Source: Treponema sp.
GTDB lineage: Bacteria > Spirochaetota > Spirochaetia > Treponematales > Breznakiellaceae
Reading direction: 5' to 3'
DNA length: 64,000 nucleotides
NCBI GenBank assembly: GCA_003527485.1
Contig: DPXI01000088.1
Span: 209,638-273,637, forward strand
How positions within the stretch are numbered: the stretch's first letter is position 1; every line of letters starts with the position of its first letter. The position numbers and the translations under genes are program-made. Positions 29,039 to 39,034 of this stretch are shown piece by piece. The notes beneath the pieces were generated by a model. The model saw nothing but the letters and a program-made list of their open reading frames with translations. It had not been told where the DNA came from and did no database searches.

Positions 29039-30759
29039 TTACTCGAAACGCAGGCTTTCGGTCACGGGCATGCGGAGCGCCCGCAGCGTCGGCAGAATGG
29101 CGGCCGCGGCCGACAACAGGATGGCGGCGAAGCCGGTCAGCGCGATCGAAGCGGGATTCCATGCCGACTTGAACAGCGTCGCGATCCGGTATCCGAAATC
29201 CCCGCCCATCTCCGCCGCGACCGCGGAATAGTCGACTCCGTATTCGACCATCGGAATGTTGATCAGGCAGCCGACGATCACTCCCGCGACGGACCCTATC
29301 GCGCCGATGAGGCCCGCCTCGATCACGTAGGCCAGCAATATCTGCCCGTCGGTCATGCCGAGGGCGCGGAGCATCCCCGTCTCCTTGGTCCGCTCCAGGA
29401 TCGCCATCAGCATCGTGTTGGCGATCCCGATGAAGGAGAGCAGGAAAAGGAAGAATATCATCACGCGGGTGGATACGTTATCGCCGTTGGAAGCGGCGAT
29501 GTAGTCGGCCACGTAATCCAGCCAGCCGTGCGCTGCCATGCCTTCGGGGAGCCGGGGACCGAGACTCGCCGCGATCGTTTCCGCCGACTCGTCTTTTCCC
29601 GGAAGGGATGAATCGTCGGCCCCCGCCTTCCGCACGAGGAGCTCCGTGACACGTCCTTCCAGCATGAGGCCGGCCTCGTCCTGCAGCGCGTCCAACGGTA
29701 CGAAGGCCACGTTGCCGTTCGTCTTCGGGTTGGGCGAATTGACGACGCCGACCACCACGGCGTCGATAAGCTGGTTGACGTGCCGCACGGCGCCGGAGAA
29801 GTCCGCGGCGACCAAGTCGGCAAGCACGACCTTCAAAGCCGCTTCGTCCGTGGCGGCGAGGTAATAGTCGCCGGTCACCGGATCCTGGGCGTAGGCGGCC
29901 CCGATCCGGGAATGTGCAGCGTCGGAAAGGGAAGGCAGCAATTCCTTTTCGAACTTGCTCTTGCTGATCGTCTCCGGCGCCGCCTTAAGGTCGATGGTCG
30001 TGGAAATCCGCACGTCCATGCGGCCGGACACGGCCAGGATCGACCAGAATCTATCCAGCTCCTCCCTGGTCGCGTCCTTCCTGAGCGCGAGCCTGGACGC
30101 GTCACGGGCGAGCTTGACCGAATCATTGTTCGCGAACAATCCCTTTTTGCCCTTCTTCGGCACGGGCGCCGGACCGTAAAGGCTCCGGACGAATGCCGCT
30201 TCATCCTCGGTCGCCGCGGCGTCGACAAGCTCCCCGAACTCCTGGATAGTGGGCCGGTTCGGGATCCCGATGCGGAGCTTTTCCGCGGCCAGAGTGCCGA
30301 CGGCCAGCTCAAGGGCGCCCGGCCGGGGGAAGCGGCCCGATTCCATGAAGGGAACATAGCGGAGGAGCTGTTCCTCCCGCGGTACGTCCACGGCGTTGAA
30401 CTCCATCGGCGCGGTCCCCGAACGGGAATACAGGGTCCCCGAAAACACGAAGCGGGGAGCCGAATCGTACCCTTCTTCCGCGAGGGCGTCGGCGATCTTC
30501 TCCCAACCGGAGAAGCTCTCGTACATCGGAAGCTCGTCTTTTTTTGCGAAATACGCGGCGCTCTGGATCTTGGCGGCACCGATCTCGTAGGAAACAATAT
30601 TGCGCCGGGAATCCAGGTTCATGCCCAGCAGCCAGGAATCCATGAATATGTACAGCGCGACGCTGACCGCCACCGCGATCGTCGTGATCACGGTCTTCGT
30701 CTTGTGCCGCGAAAGGTTGCGCAGCGACATGAGCGCGATGTCGCGGAATCCCGCCGCGT

Positions 30760-30763
<4 letters not shown>
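29039..30763 (-). CDS. ABC transporter permease, FtsX/MacB family, long form
   Basis: 574 aa. Same topology as the downstream paralog. Confidence 0.8.
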
Positions 30764-31429
<666 letters not shown>

Positions 31430-31446
<17 letters not shown>

Positions 31447-32572
31447 CGTCCTCCTTCGTCGCGTCGCGCACGGTGCCCGTCCGCGCCTCATGGCGCCTTG
31501 TTTCCATCAAGGATTGCAGGCCGAACAAGTCCTTGGACTTCAGTTCCTCGGTTATGGAATTGGGCACGAGCATCATCGAGTTGCCTGCCTTCAGGCCTTC
31601 CGTAAGGATCGAAAGGTTCTTGAGCTTCATGGCGGTCTCGTTCGATCCGTATATCTTCGCCGCCTCTTCGAAACGGCGGGCCACTTCTATCTCCGCCTCC
31701 GCCAGGAGCACCCTTCCGCGCTTCTCCCGTTCCGCCTGGGCTACGCGGCTCATCGAATTCTGGAGTTCCTCGGGGATCTGTATGTCGGTAATCTCGATAT
31801 GCTGGACGGTGATTCCCCAATCGGTGGTTTTTTTGTCCACAGTCCCGCGGATCTGCTCCTCGATGGTCTCGCCCCGTTCCAGGAAGGTGGAAAGGTCGTT
31901 CTTGCTCACCGCCGCGCGGAGCGCCGTCTTGGAGGAGAGGACGACAGCCTCTTCATAATCCTCCACCTCCAGGATCGCCTTCTCGGCGTCCCACACGAGC
32001 CAGAAGCAGAGGGCGTCCACGGTGACCGTCACCGAGTCCCGCGTCAACGTGGTCTCGGCGGAAAAGTCGGTCACCCGGATGCGCAGGTCCACGACGCGGG
32101 CGACGCGGTCGGCGAAGGGGAACAGCAAGAAAAGGCCGGGGCCCCGTACCGCCTGGAATTTGCCGAAGCGCAGCACGATCGCGCGTTCCCATTCCTCCAG
32201 CTTCTGCACTGACGGCGCCAGGAGAGCGCCGATCGCCGAGAAGGCGAGAATGAGGCCCGCCTCCGGAAGGCCGGAAACCGCCGCGCTCCATGAGGCCAGC
32301 GCAACGGCGAAGAGGAGGAGCGACTTCACGGCGGCGCTCCAGCGCGGAAAAAGGGTCATGGCGGCCGCTCCCGCGACCGGCGCCGCGAGCAGGCCGCCGA
32401 AGGACCATACCGAAGGGACGTTTCCCGAAAGCAACCTGACCGCGATGGCGAACGCGGCAAGCACGGCCAGGAGGGCGACGCCTGCCGCGTTCAGGGAAAA
32501 ATCCCTCCGCGGCCCGCGCTTGCGCGCGTTCTTTATCAACGGCTCGACAGCCGGTTTCTTCTCAAACCACAT
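31430..32572 (-). CDS. SPFH/band-7 (stomatin/HflK-like) membrane protein
   Basis: Band-7 core …VVDLRIRVTDFSAETTLTRDSVTVTVDALCFWLV… with an N-terminal TM region. Start chosen at MWFEKKP, which has a GGAGGA RBS. Confidence 0.75.
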
Positions 32573-32972
32573 CAAGGTCCTCCTTGAAAGCTCCGACGAG
32601 GAAAGCCGCCTCATCCCTGGACGCGCCGAGCGCCGCCATTTCGCTCACGAAGCGGGCGACCTTCTCCTCCAGCTTCCGCGTTCGCGCATCGTCGTCCGGT
32701 TCGGGTTGCTTGTTCGACACGTAGGTGCCGCTCCCTACCTGGGTGACTACGATGCCCCTCAGTTCCAGTTCCCCGTAGGCCTTGGCGATGGTGTTCGGGT
32801 TGATTTTGAGCCCGATCGCCAGCGCCCTGATCGTCGGCAGCCGATCGCCCGGCAGCAGTTTTTTCGCCAGGATCGCGTGCTCGATACGCTGGATTATCTG
32901 CCGGTAGAAGGGAACCCCGCTCGCCGGGTCGAGGGCGTACATGATGTCCCGTTCCACGTTTGTACTATTCAT
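32562..32972 (-). CDS. GntR family (YtrA-subfamily, short) transcriptional regulator
   Basis: 136 aa. …GDRLPTIRALAIGLKINPNTIAKAYGELELRGIV… wHTH. This subfamily typically precedes ABC exporter operons. Confidence 0.8.
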   Translation of the reverse strand: MNSTNVERDIMYALDPASGVPFYRQIIQRIEHAILAKKLLPGDRLPTIRALAIGLKINPNTIAKAYGELELRGIVVTQVGSGTYVSNKQPEPDDDARTRKLEEKVARFVSEMAALGASRDEAAFLVGAFKEDLDVV

Positions 32973-32973
32973 C

Positions 32974-32995
32974 TAGTACAATAATAATTGTACTA
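32974..32995. promoter_or_regulatory. Inverted repeat TAGTACAAT-AATA-ATTGTACTA plus extra GTAC half-sites overlapping the GntR start. Probable YtrA-type operator.
   Basis: Seen directly. 9-bp arms. GTAC cores match the GntR T.GT…AC.A logic. Confidence 0.5.
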
Positions 32996-33072
32996 CTACA
33001 ATAAGTCAATACCAAAGCGAAAAAAAAGCCGCCCCGGTTTCCCGGAGCGGCTTGTTCCGTACGCGGTAGATG

Positions 33073-33891
33073 TTAGCGGGCGGCCTTGAGTGCCTCTGCT
33101 GCGAGCGCGAGGAAGGGGGAAACGGCGATGGAAACGCCGGTCACCGCGTCGGTCTTGCCGTCGGCCTTGACGGCGATGGAGGCGGGGTCCTGGGCCTTGA
33201 CGAGGGCGGCTTCCGCTTTGGCGGTCTGGACGTCCCACTCGGACTGCGCTTTCCCGAATTTGACCATTCCGTATTTGCCGGTCACGGATTCCGTTATCTT
33301 GGACTTCTTCTTGGCGTCGCTGGAAATGCCGTTCCAGACGGCGGAAACGACGCGGCCGTTGACCACGGTCACGAGGACGGTATCCTTCCAGGTGGACTTG
33401 GCGTCGAAGGCGGCCTGCTGGGCGTAGAACCAGCCGTCCTTCTGATAACTGCCCTTGGCCACCGGGCCCGCGGCGACGGCCTTCTTGGCCAGATCGAAGA
33501 AGCCCTTCACGGTGATCGAGGCGCCTGAGATGGCGTCGGTCTTGCCGTCGGCCTTGATCTTGGAGAAGGCGAGATCCTGGCTGGAAACGAGGTACGCTTC
33601 CACCTTCGCGGCTTCCTCCCACCATTCGCCCTGGGACTTGCCGAATTTCTTCATGTTGTACTTTCCGGCCTTGTCGTAGGCCTTCTTGTCCGCGGCGCCC
33701 GCTATGTTGCTTACGCCGTTCCAGTCGGCGGCGGCGATCTTTCCGCCCTTGACCTCAAGGACGATCTGGTCCTTCCAGCCGCTGGAGGAGAATGCTTCTT
33801 CCTGGGCGAAATAGAGCCCGTCCTTCAGGGTCTGGGCGAACGCGGTCGCGGCGAACGCGACGAGTGCGACTGCGACGATTATTCTTTTCAT
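33073..33891 (-). CDS. Secreted lipoprotein with two tandem FMN-binding (FMN_bind) domains, PplA-like
   Basis: Signal peptide MKRIIVAVALVAFAATAFA. Two about 130-aa repeats carry KDG(L/W)Y… and flavinylation-type motifs DAISGASITVKGF and DAVTGVSIAVSPF. Confidence 0.65.
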   Translation of the reverse strand: MKRIIVAVALVAFAATAFAQTLKDGLYFAQEEAFSSSGWKDQIVLEVKGGKIAAADWNGVSNIAGAADKKAYDKAGKYNMKKFGKSQGEWWEEAAKVEAYLVSSQDLAFSKIKADGKTDAISGASITVKGFFDLAKKAVAAGPVAKGSYQKDGWFYAQQAAFDAKSTWKDTVLVTVVNGRVVSAVWNGISSDAKKKSKITESVTGKYGMVKFGKAQSEWDVQTAKAEAALVKAQDPASIAVKADGKTDAVTGVSIAVSPFLALAAEALKAAR

Positions 33892-33954
33892 CTCAAATGG
33901 CCTCCATGAATAGTGTGCGGGGAACATTATAATCAATAATCCTGACACCGGGAA

Positions 33955-34749
33955 TCACCCATAACTATGGAGCCCCGGAAGCAGGTAATTGACGCCGAAA
34001 AACGTGAACACGGTGCAGACGAATCCCACCACCGCGATGGCGGAAGCCAACGCGTCCTTCCGTTTCATCACGAGGCGGACGTGCAGGTAGGCGGTGTAGA
34101 CGAGCCAGGTCACCAGGGCCCAGGTCTCCTTGGGATCCCAGCTCCACCAATGTCCCCAGGCCCGTTCCGCCCAGATCGCCCCGAAGACCAGGGCGCCCGC
34201 GGTGAAGATGGGATAGCCGACGGCTATGGCCGCGTAGGTCACCCTGTCCAGGGCCAGCCGGCGGTCCGCGTCCCCGGAGAAAAGGAAGGCGAGGGAGGAG
34301 GCGAAGGAGACGACGAAGAAGGCTTCGCCGATAAAGGAAAAAGCGACATGGAGGGCCAGCCAGGACGAATTGAGCGCGGGTATCGGCGGCAGGGCGTCCT
34401 TGGGCAACAACGGAGAAGACGCGACGGCCAGAAGCGCCGCGGCGAAGAAGGTGGAGGCGAAGGCGACGAAGGGGGAGAAGGGAATGCGCCTCTGGAAGCG
34501 GTACAGGGCGACGACGAGGGCGACGACGGCGGCGTAGAAGACGAGAGATTCGAAGGTGCTCGTAAGCGCCGCGAAGCCGATCTCGAAGCTGCGCTGGAGG
34601 GAAAAACCGAAAAGGAGCAGGGCGGCGGCGGCGAGCAGCCAGACGGAGACCGGGTCGCCTTTCCCGCCGGGGCGGAAGAGCCGGATGGCCTGCAGAGCCG
34701 CGGCCGCGAGCAGGAGGATGAAAGCGATCGCGGGGATTGCCGGTATCAT
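33955..34749 (-). CDS. ccsA: Cytochrome c-type biogenesis protein CcsA/ResC (System II)
   Basis: WGHWWSWDPKETWAL tryptophan-rich WWD haem-handling motif, multiple TM helices. Confidence 0.85.
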   Translation of the reverse strand: MIPAIPAIAFILLLAAAALQAIRLFRPGGKGDPVSVWLLAAAALLLFGFSLQRSFEIGFAALTSTFESLVFYAAVVALVVALYRFQRRIPFSPFVAFASTFFAAALLAVASSPLLPKDALPPIPALNSSWLALHVAFSFIGEAFFVVSFASSLAFLFSGDADRRLALDRVTYAAIAVGYPIFTAGALVFGAIWAERAWGHWWSWDPKETWALVTWLVYTAYLHVRLVMKRKDALASAIAVVGFVCTVFTFFGVNYLLPGLHSYG

Positions 34750-35699
34750 ACGGTCTCCTTGATTTTTCGGGCGAAGGTCACCGCGGTGCCGAGGGCCACC
34801 AGGATGAGGCCGGCGAGGACGAACTTGTATCCGGGATCGACCACCGCCTGCAGACCGGTGACGGCCTCGGCGCTCAGCGTGGCGCGCCAGGGGCCTGCGT
34901 CGACGCCGGCGCCGGAGCCTGCGGCGAGGCCGGCGCCATCGGCCGTCAGGCGGATCACCTCGTCGCTGTTCGATACCCGGAGCAAAACCGACCCCGATTC
35001 TTCGATCGTCATGAAGAAGACGGAAACTCCGCCTTCTTCATAGGTTTCGCCGCGCGCCAGCCGGTGCGTTACGCCGTCGGGCCCGATGAGCCGAACCGTA
35101 GGTTCCGAGCCGTAAGTGGCTTGGTACAACGTCAATCCGGGGCGGCGCAGGGGAGTGTTGACCCGGATTCCGCGATCCGCGACCAGGATTTTTCCCTCTT
35201 TGGCGATATCCACCACGCTGATCCAGTCCTTGGGTCTGCCGTCATCGTAACGAACGTCAGTAAAGCTTTTGAGCGTAAGGGTTTCCCCTCCTGGAAGCTC
35301 CACTCCGTCCCCGACTTTCAGGGAAACCGCCCCTTCCTTCCTTTCGGAATAGCTCACGAGCGATCCGACGACAAGCACGAGCAGCCCGACATGCAGGATA
35401 TCCGGACCATGCCGCCGCGGACCCTTTTTCCTCAGTTCGCGCGCGAGCCTTGAGACCGTGCAAGCCGACAGATTGAAGAAAAAGGCGAAGGCGGGAAACA
35501 GGAAAAGAAGCGAGGAGAAATAATGGGAAAGCCCGGTCTCAGTCACCAGCAGGGCGACGATCCGCGGATACAACTGAAAGTATCGCTCCGCGTCCAATCC
35601 CTGGGGAATCAGGGTCGCAAGCGTGGAAAAGGAGGCCAAGGCGATGATCAAGCCGATCGCAAGCCGGACGGATTTGAGGAAACGCCAGAAACTATTCAC
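34746..35699 (-). CDS. ccsB: Cytochrome c biogenesis protein CcsB/ResB (System II)
   Basis: 317 aa, ResB-like topology. Overlaps the ccsA start. Confidence 0.7.
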   Translation of the reverse strand: MNSFWRFLKSVRLAIGLIIALASFSTLATLIPQGLDAERYFQLYPRIVALLVTETGLSHYFSSLLFLFPAFAFFFNLSACTVSRLARELRKKGPRRHGPDILHVGLLVLVVGSLVSYSERKEGAVSLKVGDGVELPGGETLTLKSFTDVRYDDGRPKDWISVVDIAKEGKILVADRGIRVNTPLRRPGLTLYQATYGSEPTVRLIGPDGVTHRLARGETYEEGGVSVFFMTIEESGSVLLRVSNSDEVIRLTADGAGLAAGSGAGVDAGPWRATLSAEAVTGLQAVVDPGYKFVLAGLILVALGTAVTFARKIKETV

Positions 35700-35821
35700 T
35701 GATGCTCCTGCGGTCCGTCCGCGCGGACGGGTTATCAGCGCAGTCTATTACCCGTCCGAGAACGCTGTCAAGATATCGGCATATCGAATACCTTATATAA
35801 ATAATAATATATCTATATGAC

Positions 35822-35850
35822 TTTACATATTCAAGGAGGGGCCGTATAGT
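35822..35850 (+). promoter_or_regulatory. Sigma70-like promoter for the cytochrome c/rhodanese operon: TTTACA-17 nt-TATAGT
   Basis: Seen directly within a very AT-rich block (35770-35850). The following 5'UTR of about 120 nt contains GC palindromes, including CGCGTCG-T-CGACGCG. Confidence 0.5.
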
Positions 35851-35978
35851 GCTTTCAGGTTGCTTTCGCGCTGCGCGTCGTCGACGCGGAGCGCGGCCGT
35901 TTTCCGCGCCTGCGCCCGGGAATTCGGTCGACGGGGTTTTTCCCGCCAAGCCGCCGCGAATGAATCAGGAGGTGCCCC

Positions 35979-37202
35979 ATGAAAAAGGCGACCTTCGGGT
36001 CCTCGCTCATCCTCATCGCCCTTGTCGGGACCGGTTCCGCGTACGCCGCGGCTTCGTCCTGCCTTGATTGCCACGGCAATATCGAGACGATGAAGTCGAT
36101 GGTGAGCATGCCCGTAGCCAGTTCCGCCGAGGGGGAAGGGTGAGCGGGTGCCCCTCCCCCGGTCCGGGCGGATTATTACATGGGATACGTGGTGGATACG
36201 AAAATGGCCGCGGCGGATCCCCACTTCCAGCAGGGCTGCGTCGCCTGCCATGAAGGAAACGCTTCAGGAAAGGACAAAGCCCAGTCCCACGCGGGGCTCG
36301 TGAAACGGCCGTCCGACGATCCGTCGGTCTGCGGGACCTGCCACGAGGGCATCGCCAAGACCTATACTCTGTCCCTCCATTACTCGAACGCCGGCATGAA
36401 GAACGGCATCTCCCCGCGCTTCTCAAAGGATGAGAAACATACTTACGACACGGCCGTCTTCGAACAGTCCTGCCGGAGTTGCCACGCATCCTGCGGCGAT
36501 TGCCACGTGAAGAGTCCGGTGATTTCGGGGGTCAATACCGGCCTCATGGACGGTCACGCCTTCGTGAGAAAAGACGAATCCAAGACCTGCGCCCTCTGCC
36601 ACGGCGGGCGGGTATACCCGGAGTTCACCGGCGATTACGGCGGCACTCCGGACGTCCATTACCGCAACGGCATGACCTGCCTCGACTGCCACACGTCCAC
36701 CCAGATGCACGGGAACGGAATGTCGTACGAAGGTCGCCGGGATGTCGAAGACAAGCCTTCCTGCCTTGCCTGCCATCCGCAGGGATCGGAAAAAACCGAA
36801 GAAGCCAAGTCGGCCCATGGCGACCATGGCGAAAAGGTGTCCTGTTCGGCCTGCCATACGGCGACCGGCTACCGCCAGTGCTCATCCTGCCACCTCGGAG
36901 AAGGAGCCGCCGCGAGCCCTGCGCTCATCCTCGGCTTGAATCCGCGCAAGGAAGGCCAACTCACCACGCTGCGCCTCATCCCCACGGTGCGGTCCACCTT
37001 CGAAAAGGCCGGCATCAAGCAGATGAATTTCGATTCCGTGCCGAATCTATGGGACACGGTTCCCCACAATGTGAAGAAGAGGACCGAAAGGACCCGGGAC
37101 TGCGCGCTTTGCCATTACGAGCAGGAGAATTACCTGACGGAGGAATCGCTTCCGAAGGACGGTTCGAGCGCCAACCTCAAGTTGATTCCCGCGGGCCATT
37201 AA
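35979..37202 (+). CDS. Multihaem (11 CxxCH) c-type cytochrome interrupted by a single in-frame UGA at 36141-36143. Annotate with a recoding or pseudogene caveat.
   Basis: ATG 35979 with AGGAGG RBS. MKKATFGSSLILIALVGTGSAYA signal peptide, then CLDCH, then TGA. It continues in the same frame (AGAPPPVRADYY, MGYVVD…) through 10 more CxxCH motifs. The downstream portion alone lacks any signal peptide. Confidence 0.6.
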
Positions 37203-37225
37203 GACCTGCCGGAAAGGAGTATTTT

Positions 37226-38104
37226 ATGAAGAGAATGTTGATCGCGGCGCTTGCCCTGTGCTTCGCCGCCCCCCTGTTCGCCCGCGACGTCGAGGCGATC
37301 GTGACCGCCGATTGGCTGGAGGCCAACCTCTCGAACCCCAAGGTCGTGGTCGTCGACGTACGCAAGGTGGAAGAGTACAAGGCCGCCCACATCAAGGGCG
37401 CGGTGAACGTGCTCGGGAGCAGCCTTTACGTGCCCGCGGCAGGACTCAGCAACGAGCTGCCGAACGCCGACGACCTCTCCGACATCCTCGCCGACGCGGG
37501 CATCGACGCGTCCTCGATAGTGGTGGTGGTGGAAAGCGACAGCGCCGCGCGCTTCGCCTGGGCCACCCGCGTGGCATGGACCCTCGCCTGGGCTGGCCTG
37601 GACAACGTGGCCGTGCTCTCCGGCGGCCAGAAAGCCTGGACGGACGCGAAAAAGCCTGTGGACGCCGACAAGGTCGCGAAAGCCGCCACCAAGTTCTCCG
37701 TCAAACCGCGCAACGAATACCTGGCGCTCCTCGGCGATGTGCTGAAAAGCAAGGGGCAGGTGATCGACAACCGTACCTACGACACCTACTTCGGCATCGT
37801 CAAGCAGGGTTTCGTCGCCCAGGCCGGCCATTACCCGAACGCGATCGCCCTGCCCTCCTCATGGATCGTCGGCGCCGACGGCCTCGTGAAGTCCCAGACG
37901 GAGCTCGCCAAGATGCCCGTGCTCCTCGGCCTTGATCCCTCGGTCGACACCATCACCTACTGCGATTCCGGCGTGCTCGCCACCGGCTGGTGGTGGATAC
38001 TCCACGAGCAGCTGGGTTGGAAAAACGTAAAAAGCTACGACGGCTCGTCCCAGGACCTGACCAAGGATCCCTCGGTCAAGTACGTGACCCACGTCTGGAA
38101 GTAG
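37226..38104 (+). CDS. Periplasmic tandem-rhodanese sulfurtransferase (thiosulfate/polysulfide sulfurtransferase-like)
   Basis: 292 aa from ATG 37226 (GGAAAGGAG RBS). Signal peptide MKRMLIAALALCFAAPLFA. Two rhodanese domains. Active-site Cys in …ITYCDSGVLATGWW…. Confidence 0.75.
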   Translation: MKRMLIAALALCFAAPLFARDVEAIVTADWLEANLSNPKVVVVDVRKVEEYKAAHIKGAVNVLGSSLYVPAAGLSNELPNADDLSDILADAGIDASSIVVVVESDSAARFAWATRVAWTLAWAGLDNVAVLSGGQKAWTDAKKPVDADKVAKAATKFSVKPRNEYLALLGDVLKSKGQVIDNRTYDTYFGIVKQGFVAQAGHYPNAIALPSSWIVGADGLVKSQTELAKMPVLLGLDPSVDTITYCDSGVLATGWWWILHEQLGWKNVKSYDGSSQDLTKDPSVKYVTHVWK

Positions 38105-38202
38105 GCTATCCGGAACGGCGGCTGTCGGACACGAAGGACGCCGCCAAAAAATGAAGCCTCCGCGGCCGCCGGAAACGGCGGCTGCGGAGGATGCGGGGGT
38201 AC

Positions 38203-38259
38203 GGAGGATGGCCGCCCGACGCGGATGCGTCTTCGCGTTCCATCCTCCGCCTGTTTTTT
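38203..38259 (+). terminator. Rho-independent terminator after the rhodanese gene
   Basis: GGAGGATGG…CCATCCTCC stem followed by GCCTGTTTTTTTATC. Confidence 0.6.
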
Positions 38260-38275
38260 TATCTAAGGTATCGGA

Positions 38276-38710
38276 TCAAAAATACGCAGGAAGCTCGAAA
38301 GCGTCGAAGGCCCGGAAGTCGTCGGGGTTTGCCGTAAGTAGCGCGGTGACCCCCGCAGACCGGTACGCCGCAGCCATATGAGTATCGATGATCCGTTTCC
38401 TTCCCAATTTGAACGCGACCGTCCATATCCGGGCTTGTTCGAAGGACTCCGCGGATTGATGCACGATCCGTACCCGTCTTTGGCGCATCCAGAAATGGGA
38501 GCGGACCAAGGCTTCGGGAAAGGAAAGCGGCGAATCGAAACGCTTCGGATCCGTAACGATGTGCATGAATTCCAGAAAGACATGGTCATAAACGGCAAAT
38601 AAATTATCCGAATCGCGACGCCAGTCCTCAAAATAGCGAAGCGCCCCGGCGTGACGGGGCGACTCGATCACCTCGAGATCCACCAGGAAGCTGGTATCAA
38701 TACCGGTCAT
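38276..38710 (-). CDS. vapC: PIN-domain toxin VapC
   Basis: MTGIDTSFLVDLEV… PIN acidic residues. Overlaps the antitoxin gene by 14 nt. Confidence 0.75.
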   Translation of the reverse strand: MTGIDTSFLVDLEVIESPRHAGALRYFEDWRRDSDNLFAVYDHVFLEFMHIVTDPKRFDSPLSFPEALVRSHFWMRQRRVRIVHQSAESFEQARIWTVAFKLGRKRIIDTHMAAAYRSAGVTALLTANPDDFRAFDAFELPAYF

Positions 38711-38948
38711 CGAGCATCTCGTCCCGGAAATCCCCCAAGGCCCAATCCTTTTTTATCCCCCCCAGGGAGATCGGTTTCCAATTCTCCAATGTGCTTGCGC
38801 CCAGGATACGATTCCTCGCGTAGTCTTCCATCGCTTCTCGGATGAGCTCCGATGCTGTCCTATCGGAACCAAGCGCCGTCTCCTTGAAAAGCTGGTAAAG
38901 CGGTTCTGATACATTGATAGTAACAGGCTTCATATGGTTATCATACAT
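38697..38948 (-). CDS. vapB: VapB-type antitoxin (RHH/CopG-like)
   Basis: 83 aa, …TASELIREAMEDYA… ribbon-helix-helix. Immediately upstream of and overlapping vapC. Confidence 0.65.
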   Translation of the reverse strand: MYDNHMKPVTINVSEPLYQLFKETALGSDRTASELIREAMEDYARNRILGASTLENWKPISLGGIKKDWALGDFRDEMLDDRY

Positions 38949-39034
38949 ATATTACACGTAAAAAGCAAATATTATTACCGGAAGGCGACTGCCGCTCAGA
39001 GCCGACCCCGATTGCCTTAACTCCGCCCCGCCCC

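Noticed and set aside
36131-36160. Hairpin around the cytochrome UGA as a canonical bacterial SECIS
   Set aside because: The UGA lies in the loop, not 5' of the stem, and no apical GGU/GU motif sits at the expected distance. It is kept as a finding but is not called a SECIS.
36068-36253. Alternative-frame 61-aa ORF spanning the cytochrome UGA
   Set aside because: It is in a different frame and Gly/Arg-rich. The in-frame continuity of the haem-motif-bearing frame makes it a by-product.
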